Under the pieces are notes generated by a model that was not told the DNA's origin, ran no database searches, and saw only the letters and a program-made list of their open reading frames with translations. From Yuukianura sp. NJ FZ-2021 (taxonomy: Eukaryota), in NCBI GenBank assembly GCA_046563655.1, contig CM102290.1:2356001-2420000 (forward strand): a DNA stretch of 64,000 bases. The letters are read 5' to 3'. Positions within the stretch are counted from its first letter, which is position 1. Every line of letters starts with the position of its first letter. Below, in pieces: positions 51,630-61,272 of this stretch. Both the position numbers and the translations under genes were made by a program.

Positions 51630-54600
51630 CACAGGGGTGAGAAGACTCTGTTTTGGCCTCGAAGTGGGTAGAGCTTGGACGGAAAGCCCCACCTCTAGGC
51701 GTGCCCCGCCTCCAGCTCCACTGTATACAACTGATCTTTGAACATGCGCCAAATTCAAAAAGTTTTGGTGGCAGCTAGGAACTTGAAGCCCGTGTGGGGG
51801 TCGGCTGGGTGCTGGTTGTTCGGATCTCTGTTGAACGTTGGACTCCACTCTCCAATTCCTAGGCCTAGTGCTCAACTTTAAGTTGAGAAGAAACCATGTC
51901 GAGTAGCCTCCGGTCCACCAAACAGTCCCACTACCACCTCTTCTTGGCCCCACCAAATCCAGGAGCCAGAAATCACTGGAACAGGCTCCAGGGAGCAACT
52001 GGAGCAATCCAGGAGGTCAAGTTTTTTCAAGAAAAAAGTCTAGTGACAACTGAGGTCACTGTCCTCCAGAGCGTCTTTTAAAATTTAAGTTCTTCCAGTG
52101 TTCCAGTGAGATTCAAAACATACGAAGCGTCTGCCCAACTTTTTGTGCGTCACAAAAATTTCATCCCTGTCGAGCTTCATTTTTTTCCAATTTCCGGTGA
52201 GAGATTCCAGGGTTGAGTGAAAGTGGTGACTGAAAGTGAAATTTTTAAAACAAGTGAAATTGTAAGTTTTCGTAAAAATCCATGATCCGATTATTGTCCA
52301 AAGTGTTCTAATGACCTTGGTATTAAAGAGGTGACAACTAAAGAGGTCATTTGTCCAGTGTCAAGGTCGTAATTCTTCCAGCACCGCTTTGTGACCAACT
52401 AGAGTTTAGTTGTATTTTTCGTGTTTGGCAAGGAACGCTAAAAGGCGAAACAAGTCAAGTTTTGTGTTTTTATAGGGATGGGACGACGACCAGTGTGTCT
52501 GTTGTGTATGTGTTTAAGTTATAAACGATCAGGAAAAAAAAAGAAGTGACACTGGATTCTTGGCACGAAGAAATGAATTGAATTACTAAACGTTTTTTGT
52601 ACAAACAGACAACAATCAGGCAAAACCATCCTCAATTGCCCTGCAACAAAACAACATTCAAAAAAATTAATTCAAACACGCTGACTTTACATTTGTTTAG
52701 TCATTTTCTGGATTTTGATTACAACAAAAAAAAAGTTTTGGAAACAAAACGAACTTTAGACACGACAACTCAAAACTGCTCAAAAATGCATAATAGTGAG
52801 TGACAATTTTTACAAAGTGCTAAATCTTGAAATTGTTTTTGAAACAAGACAGCTTCCAGAGTCAGTTGTGTCTGTTTTGTTGTTTGTTAAAGTTTTGAAA
52901 ATTTTGAAATCTGCTAAGCAATTTTGGGAAAAAGGTAATGTTTTAGTTTGTTTTTAATTTCAGTATTTCATCCCCTTCAAAAGTTAAAAGTTTATAAGTG
53001 GAGAAGAATTTGAAACAAAAAGGAGAGAATAAGGGAAGAATCAAACAAGATTCATCCCTCATCCCCCTGTTGATTCTCTCCGAATTCGGATTTTGTCTTT
53101 TCCCCGAATTCGGTTTTTTTCTCCTGTTAGCTTGACTATGGATTCTCAACTCTACTTTCCTACCCTCTGCAGCTCACACTTTGAGTTTCAGAAGCAGAAT
53201 TGAAAGGAAAGTGATCTCATCGATTCTCAAACTTTTCCCTCACCCTCATCATCCCTCTTCCTTTTGTTTCAAAATTCCCAGGACACGGAGTGATTTCATT
53301 TTCCAAATTCTGAAATTTGACGCTTTGATTTACCCCCTTGTCCGAATCCGGAAAACTTTGAAACGATTTTTAAGAATTTTACACAAAGTTTCGAAACTTG
53401 CAGGAAGCTAAATCGCGGAGTAGCAAAACTACGAGTGATGGCGTTTCTGTTTGTCTAAAGTTTCTAACAAAGAAATTATGTTATGTTATGCTTTGTTGTG
53501 CGATTTTGTTTGAGCGATTACGTTATTACGGGTGTATTGATTTGAAGGACTGTGGCAAATTCAAATTTTGTAAAGTTCGTTTCGGATAGCAAATGCGTTG
53601 AAGGCGGTTCGTACACTATTTGGCCAGGAAACTTTTTTTTTTCTTTTTTGAAAATCTATTCTTTTAAGTTTAGAAAAGCGATACTTTCTGACCATTTCGT
53701 TTGGACAATTTGAAATTTGAAAAATCCGCCCTTATGCTGGGTTGTAACGTATGTTTTTGTGAAGGAATGTGATCCTCCCTTCGTAATTCCCATTAGCACA
53801 ATTAATAAAGTGGGTGAGGCTCAGTCCTAACCAAAGTTTCTTCGCCTAGACCTCAATTCCTTTTGTCCACTGCGGAATATGGACCTAGAGGTGTGAAGAT
53901 CCACTTAAGTCCATTTTGTGCTGGTGCCTTACTAGTTCCATTCCTAAAACAACAACTGGAACCTATCACCTTTATTCCCTTGAGACTCAAAGTGCCATAC
54001 AAAACAGGTTCTTGGTCCAAAGTATCCCCTTCCAACACCCATTCAAAAGTTCCAGGTCATTCAAAGGGCGAAGTTGACCTTTGAGACACAACTTGAAGGC
54101 TAACGAAGTCATATCTTAGGTGGACGATGATGGTGCAGTTGGATCTGGTTTCTAAGAACTGGGTACTTTTTGGTCCAAATGAGACAGGATTTTCAAAAAC
54201 TAGAATTTCAAAAAAAAAAAGTAGAATAAAAAAACAGTTGAAATTAGAGTCAGAGGTCACAGGTCGCTGGACGAAGTGAGCAGGAGGTGGAGAAATCACA
54301 GTCTCTTTTTTTGAAAAGTGAAATTCTTTCAAATGAAAAGGGTTTTTTTTAGATGAAGGCGGGCGTGTTTGGCAGTTTATTTCTCTGTGGCTTACCTTTA
54401 TAATTAGGAAAAACATATCAATCATTGGGTTTTCTGGCGACTGGTTACCTGTTGGGTTCCATTTCCCTCTCAAATTGACTTTTCCCGGTCCGGGAAGTGG
54501 GGAAAGTGAAAGCGACTTTCCCTCGTTCTCCTTGTCAAGGCGAGTCAGGTTAGATCCAAGTTGTGTCATTATAGCAAGTGTGGGCAATAGTAAGAGATAG

Positions 54601-56161
54601 GCTCAATTTGAACTTTCCCTCAATCTTTTGAATTTCCTTCCAAGTTAAGTTTTGGTCCCTATATGTTACTTTTCCTTATGCTAGGTTTCAACTTTCCGTG
54701 GTTTTTGGAGGTAATGGAGAGCCTAATAAATCAATAGTATATGCTCCCAGATTCAAAGTGGTTTTAAAGAGACCCCTAAAGGAACAATATCCACAGTGAG
54801 GCGGGAAAGGTGAACTGAGCAATAGGTCAAGCCTCATTGACACGCAACCAACCGCCTAATCTTTGGGATCTCTTCACAGGAATTGGGAACAGGCGGGGAA
54901 ACAAGCTATGGAAAAAATAACAACTTTCGGCACAACGACGGAGAAAGTGAGCTTTCTTCCTATGTAAATCCAATAGGTGCAGTACGGTTAATTGTTTCTT
55001 GGAATTGAGGAATCACAGCCCTCCAAACTTCCAAGTGATCATAAACTGAAATTGAGCGGGTTAGGGCAAACACTGCTAAAATGAAGCTCGATCACAAAAA
55101 AAAGGAGAAGAAGAAATTCTTAGAAATTTTTGTTTTTGGCGAGGTTAACTTAATTTTTGAAACTAACGCTCTAAATTGTGCTCAAGTTCATTTGAGTTCT
55201 TTTAAATTTCGTTTCTTAAATGGACACATGCAGTATATTGTTAAGTACGTGCCGTTTATAAAATGATTAAGAGTTCCGCTTTTCTAGTGTGGGTAACAGT
55301 CTTAAGGAATTGCTTCTTTTTTTGTTAAGTAGGAGTAAGCGAGCGAAAGTTTGAAAATGGAGTGCCATTAGTCAGTTAGAAAGTGAAAAGCGGGAATTTT
55401 GGAAGAAAGCTCTACTGTCACGTGGAATCAGTTCTAAAAAGAGACATTAGAGAGAGAGAGGGGCTTGCGACTGCATTTTGCATATACAATTTATGACACG
55501 AGTGCCGCTCTGTACTACTACTGCACATTAGTATTATATTTATGACGACGAGCTCTGTAGATCCTATGTTCCTTGGTGGGATATCCAACCGAGAGCCAGA
55601 AACTTTTCTGCATCTCTTCCATATAATATGCTTTCCCTTTGGAGTTGTGTCTGTGAGTCGTCAATGTTTGAATGACTCTGAATGGTTGTGGAAGACAATG
55701 GATGTGTTAGGTTAGGCTTTCTGCGTTTATTTACTAGGCACTTTCTTCGCACCCTCTTGTGCTTCTACTGTTATGCAGTCCATATGCAAATAATAAATGG
55801 GGCTCTTGGAAGCCCCATCCCTAAGACGTCTCCATCAATAACCCACCGAAGGTACTTCCGCTTCCTTCCAGCCTCCTCACTTTATGTCCCGCTGATCCTC
55901 GCCTGTCGTTCTACTCGCAGAACCCACCACCGTGCCCCTCCACGGTGGTTTCATACTTCACTGCTCACCGCAGTTAGCAAAGAACGACAGGGTTCTCACA
56001 ATCCCCGGAGAAAGTGGGCAACAGTCACTCTGGGCATTGCGACAAACATGATGCTTTCTCGACATGAATAAGAAAATTTCTGAAAGCGCAACATTTAGGT
56101 TAGAATTCAAGTTAGAAACGCTTTTAGAACTGGAACCGTTATTGGAACCGCTTTTGGGAGA

Positions 56162-56203
56162 AACTGGAAACGTTTTCACTAGAACTGGAAACGTTTTCAC
56201 CAG
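56162..56203. repeat. 21-bp tandem duplication inside a degenerate minisatellite (~56100-56230)
   Basis: AACTGGAAACGTTTTCAC(T/C)AG occurs twice. Confidence 0.85.
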
Positions 56204-59200
56204 AACGAGAAAACTTTCTGAGAAGAACCTCTAACAGTTCAGGGTTTTGGAATTACATGCAGCCTAGTTTGAAATTACCGCTGTCCAGACAGATAGATTC
56301 AACGTTAAAATAGATTTAGAGGTCAAGCGGCAAATTTCAAAATTTTGGAACCTTGACCCACATTGTGCCCAGTGAGGACGCTGCCCAGTGCAGTTGGACA
56401 ACCCTGACTCCACTTTCCAGTTAGGCAGGAAACATTGAGAATTGGGTTGCACTTGTCATAATTTTATGCGCAGGAGTCATTACAGTCAGCCATGGAGGTT
56501 TGGAGGCACTTGGGAAATATATGACACGTTGGAGAAAAGGCTTCAAATGGCCAAAACAGGCTTATGGTGGCAGAAAACAGGAGAACTAGACGAAATAAAA
56601 GTTGGATCTCTGGGCAGACGGGATTTGAATGGATGAAACTTTAAATGTCATTGTTCGTCGAACGGAGGCTCCGAAGGGGTGGGGAGGGAGATCCAGGGAG
56701 GGGAAATGTAAAGAATGAATGGGGGCGGGGGAGATTGAAGATGAGCAGAATGCAGAACAGAGTAATGGGACATCGGGGGAACATAACAATAGGAATCAAA
56801 TATTATTTCCAAACCGAAAAAACAAATACAGCTTCTTCTCTTTTTAAAAGCCTTCACTCAAATATTTGAATAACTTTGGAACATTTGTTCAAATATCGAC
56901 TCGTCAAAATTTTGAAAATCCCAATCAGGCAGTTTGTTTTTTAGAATTTTAAGTGCGATGATATTGAGTGCAGGTTGGTCTTAGACTTTTTTTGAGGAAT
57001 TTTGACCAAAAATTTCCGTGTGTTGTTAAGATAGTTTTCGAATTTATATTTCAAGGTGTGTTGTTCTTTCAAGTAATTTCCTACGTTGATTGTTCATTGG
57101 GCAGAGTCTAAAAATGGCCAAAGTGACTTCATCTGCATTAACTTTGTTTTTTTCGGCCATTGGAGAAGAGGTCGTGGCCATAATTTTGTTGTCCAACTAA
57201 AATTAAAGCCCTGCAAGCCAAATGGGGAGGAGATACACTAGAGTCTGAGCCTTTGGATCTTTTGATCTCCGTTTTCCATTGTTAGGTTAACAACAGAGGA
57301 GGGTCAACAATCAGAGTCCAATTCATGCACCTTCAGTCACTCCAAGTACAAACACAATATACTATGTTGGATAATCCATTCACTCCAAGTCCAACGTTTA
57401 CATTCGTACATCACCTCTGTTCCCATATGGCAACTAACGTACTAGATGTGCATAGTTTTCATTCAAATTTACCCGCCCGCACTTTTCAGAGTCAATGGGT
57501 AGTCAACACGAAGTATTCCACTTTAACATAGAACAACAACAACAGGCACACAAACAGGCTGGGCACGGCGGGGAGGAATTTTTTTTTTAAAAAAAAAAAC
57601 TTAAAGCAAAAGCAATTTATATCTAATCTTGAGCTAAGGAAGCAAACCGAGACTGCGGGTGTGAAATTTAGCCTGTCTGGTAGAAACACTTTTCAAATTT
57701 TGAAAAAAAAATTTCAAATTATAATCCCACTTTCATTTTTCCAACCTCAAAGAAATTATTTTAAAAAAAAGATTTATTTCTGTTTGAAAAAAAAAAAACG
57801 TAGATGGGGTTTAGTTAGGGCAGGTTTAGTAAGCAGAACATTTGAAAATTTTTTGAATTAAAAAATGGAACAAAAATTAAAATATTTTTAGGATGGCTGA
57901 TATTTTTTGTTCTTCTGCAAACGCAAATGGAAATCGGACGCTTCAAAGTTTCCATAAACATTTCTTTGAAAAGTTTATTTATGACTGGTAAACGCATGAC
58001 TTTTCTTTCTCTATTGCAAAATCGTTATATATTTTTCTCAGCATGTTATGATGATGATGATGATGAGAGTATAGAAAACGAAGCTGGTTAATCAGTTTTA
58101 AAGATTAACTGGACTTGCGTCATACCAGTAGAAAAAAAAACGTTGATTTGGTTTTTTTTTTGGGTAGTGGTGAGAGCCTCGTTAAGTGAGTGATGCAATA
58201 GTTAATTGAGTTCTTAGATTTGCAATTATTTTTCTTCGTCTTAGTTCTTAACAAATCCAGTTACATGAATTACATCAAATGTTACGTAAAAAGTTCCAGT
58301 TGGAATGATGAGTAATGGGAATTCAAACCCAGTTTTTTATTTTTATTTTTTTTCTTTTTTGGATTATTATAATAAAATAGGTGAATTAATTATTTTTAAT
58401 GTGGCGGAAATTGAATTGGCATGGATTTTGCACACAAGGTTTTCCCATCAATTCAATCATCCACAACCACATTATGGGTTAGATAGCATACCATATTCCG
58501 CATTCCCATAAAAGATTTTTTGTTCATTTTTTTAGAATTTGCGATTTTTTCCTGTTTGTTTCCTTTTACTACCTTAATGTTTTTAGCAAAGTCTCACAGC
58601 ATGAAACTGTAACTTTTTCCAGGTTCACAACAACTTTTATTAGAATGGGATAATAAAAAAAGTGGACTCTGGAGTAGCACCAAGCCCTAAATTTTGATTT
58701 TGCAAAATTTTTGCAAATTGTTTTACAACGTATTCAAAAGGTTCAATTTTTGTAGAACAAAAAATGCTTATCAAAATGTACAATTCCCGCGCAGAAAACA
58801 AGTTTCACAATCTTTAATTTTGCTTTCTTGTAAAGTGCATGTTTGGGAGAGTGCGGAGATAGGTTTGGTCAGTTGAATTTTGTTTTGAAAATTTCCAATT
58901 AAGTTTTGGTGAGTTTGAAAATGGAAATGTAAAGGTTGTAAGGTGTGAATTTGAAATTCAATTGAATGTCAAAGTCAATAATTCCTCCCCCTCAAAAAGT
59001 TGACTTTTGTGAGGGTTGAGAGTAGTTTAGTGTGTGTGCGGATGGGTTTTGTAGGAATAACATAAGGTATCGGAGGATGCCAATTTGAGAGGAGTGGAGG
59101 AGGCAACAGGTTTTAAGTGAATGGGACAGAGAGGAGCAGCAACAGATCAGAAAGGCATAAAAATTCCCGTTTGGGGCATACACAACATCTTCTTCAACTT

Positions 59201-59534
59201 TAGAAAAAAAAATAGTCTGAGAGTGGAGGGGGAATTTTAAAAAAAGAAGGAGACATTTGAGTCAATGTCGTCAGGAAATAAAGGATTTCCTTCACTCCGT
59301 TCCTTCTTTTTCAATCACTCTTCAATTTACTTTTAAGCCTAGGTCATCAATTTCAGCTTGGCATGGCACGAGGGCAAGTCATCTTTTGCAAAAAAACATT
59401 ATTTGCTGGTTTGGTTTTTCACATTTGCAAATTTTGACACTCAAAGAAACAAATGCATTGGTTAATCAGTAAAGCCTAAAAATGGATAGAGGAGGTTATG
59501 TAAGTTATGTATAGAGGTCACGAGTTAGGTTTGG

Positions 59535-59547
59535 AGGTCAAAGGTCA
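59535..59547 (+). promoter_or_regulatory. Perfect nuclear-receptor DR1, ~460 bp upstream of cut exon A
   Basis: AGGTCAAAGGTCA, with an extra AGGTCA half-site at 59515. Confidence 0.45.
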
Positions 59548-60003
59548 AAATGAATATGTTATGGGTGAGGTAGGATGCTGGAATGGGGTTAAAGCAGAGT
59601 TAATTTGGTAGTATGAAGCGACGTCAGGAGAAAAGATGAGGTGGGAAATGTCGCCAAATGTGTTTAGACTCCTACACAAATAAGCCTCCTCCGCTTTTTA
59701 TTTCCTTAGTATCAGAATGTGTCCAAATAGTGCAAAAACAGGATCCCACCTGTCCTGGTCCTGTCACAACACCTAATTGATTGCTTCTAATTGATGGTGA
59801 TTTCGTTTTTTGGCAGTTGCCAGTACCTCTATCACAGAACAACTTTTGAAGTTTAAGAGAAAAAAGAAACATTTTTGGCATCTTCTCAGAATCAATAGAG
59901 AAAAACATATTAGTCATATTATCCCTCCACCACCAACGAAACACACCAAATTCAAATGTACTTCCCCCTGACTAATCTCTGAACGATTTATTGATTGATA
60001 CAG

Positions 60004-60224
60004 ACGGAACTTCGGCTGATGACAAGCGAGCTTTCAATCTGTTCAATCTGCGACGATCGACGTTCGGAGCGACAACGTCGCCGCATCCTGAGTTGGCACT
60101 GAGGGGTGGACGAGTAGAGTTCCGATGTACAATGGCTCCGCCTCCTCCTGACCGCGACAACCCAGTCATATCCAATGCTCACAACAGAAAAGACGACGGC
60201 GAAGTCACAACTAAAGACAAAGAG
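60004..60224 (+). CDS. cut: cut/CUX exon A; the 5' part may be UTR if translation starts at ATG 60132 (MAPPPPDRDNPVISNAHNRKDDGEVTTKDKE)
   Basis: Branch-like CTGACTAAT at 59968-59976 and a CAG acceptor ending at 60003. The frame is open throughout. Donor GAG|GTTCGT at 60225 is phase 0 and joins KDKE to ISSLM of exon B, matching the CUX1 motif KERE-IAQLVE. Confidence 0.65.
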
Positions 60225-60474
60225 GTTCGTTAAGCATGATTTTTAAAAATTCATTACCTTTTTGAAACTGTTTTTCAAAAATTTCAAATCAAAAAAATGA
60301 GATTTAACATAATGAATTGTGAGTAGTGGCCTAGACAGGTGAGCAACGGTTTGAACCAAAGTGTTGACAGGGTCAAACGGTTTTGGCAAAAGTGCAAAAG
60401 TTTGAGATTTGCAAATTAAGAAGAATTTTGAATTTTTTTGAATAGCAGTAGAATAAAATTCGTATTTGGTTTAG
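60225..60474 (+). other. cut: cut intron (250 bp, phase 0)
   Basis: GTTCGT...TTAG boundaries, AT-rich interior, frame preserved across the junction. Confidence 0.75.
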
Positions 60475-60742
60475 ATTTCGAGCTTGATGGAAAGTATCCA
60501 GCGCCTCCAGTCGTCTCTGAATCACTTACGTGAGAGCAGTGCCTCTCAAATCCGTCTGCTGGAGGAACAACTGGACCAGAAGCAAGAAATTATTGCTCGG
60601 CTCGAAGCCCGGCTCGATTCGCAACGAGATTATGACGAGATTCAACGAGAGCTTACTTTACTCAAAGGTCACGTAGGGCCTGACCCCGGGTCAGCCACAC
60701 TCAATGGCTACGACTCCAAGGAGACCAAAGACCGCCCAGCGG
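60475..60742 (+). CDS. cut: cut/CUX exon B, coiled coil shared with CUX1/CASP
   Basis: TTAG acceptor ends at 60474 and GTAAGT donor starts at 60743 (phase 1). ISSLMESIQRLQSSLNHLRESSASQIRLLEEQLDQKQEIIARLEARLDSQRDYDEIQRELTLLK aligns with the recalled human CUX1 segment [64 protein letters not shown]. Confidence 0.92.
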
Positions 60743-61272
60743 GTAAGTTTAAGTCCAACAAATCACAATCACTCGTCACTTGAACAAAACACCAAAGTCC
60801 AAAAGTAAACGATCCCACCCTTCAGACTCTGACCGTCTGGACTCCATGAGAAAGTTACTCGAAATGCTTAGGTTGCAACTTCTGGCTTAAATTATTGTTC
60901 TTCCTTGGCTAAACTAATTAAGTTGACAAGTGAAAAGTGACAAAAGGATTATCAAGTTATGATGGGCGTCGCAGAGCTGGTCTCGAGTTATGCTACTGCG
61001 TATACGCAACTTGCAGTCCAACGTTTGTTGACTTTTGATTTTCTTGAACAGCTTGGGTGATATCTCATGTTTTCTCGATTTTGCATCTTTCGATTCAAGT
61101 ATCTTTTGATTTCGGAGCATCGTAGTTTTTTGTCAACAGGCGAGGTAGTCCCCAACCTGTTAAAGAAAATAAACTTTTCGTTGTCAGAGAAACCTTGCTT
61201 GCACCCTATCACGCGTGACAAACTAAAGTTAGTTTTTTTTTGAAAAGTTAATATAAATTTGTTGTTGTCCAG
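60743..61272 (+). other. cut: cut intron (530 bp, phase 1); contains inverted-repeat family copy D
   Basis: GTAAGT...CCAG boundaries, frame preserved across the junction. Confidence 0.9.
61018..61198. mobile_element. Inverted-repeat family, copy D (reverse orientation relative to A, inside a cut intron)
   Basis: Arms at 61041-61066 and 61142-61167 are 20/26 complementary. The reverse complement gives ACCTCGCCTGTTGACAAAAAA and AAAGTCAACAAACGTTGG, matching ACCTCACTTGTTGACAAAAAA and AAAGTCAACAAACCTTGG in copy A. Confidence 0.7.

Larger units (their letters stand above)
1..60003. promoter_or_regulatory. Gene-poor 5' region or very large intron of cut, with putative enhancers
   Basis: No ORF with a recognisable domain. 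Abundant poly-A/T tracts are interspersed with GC-richer motif clusters. Confidence 0.6.

Noticed and set aside
28434..55717. Interstitial telomeric TTAGG dimers (about 28434, 29140, 55708)
   Set aside because: Each has only two to three units, which is too short to call a telomeric relic.
55867..55885. HDV-ribozyme-like CCAGCCTCCTCAC
   Set aside because: The P3, P1 and J4/2 partners required for the double pseudoknot are absent.
21382..55999. Su(H) sites YGTGRGAA (21382, 31233, 31606, 39609, 55993), attractive because cut is a Notch target
   Set aside because: The count does not exceed chance for a degenerate 8-mer in 64 kb, and no paired site was seen.
1..60000. Most of the 60-180-aa ORFs in the supplied track
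   Set aside because: They are F/K/L-rich translations of poly-T/A tracts, often with TTG or GTG starts, and show no recognisable domains.
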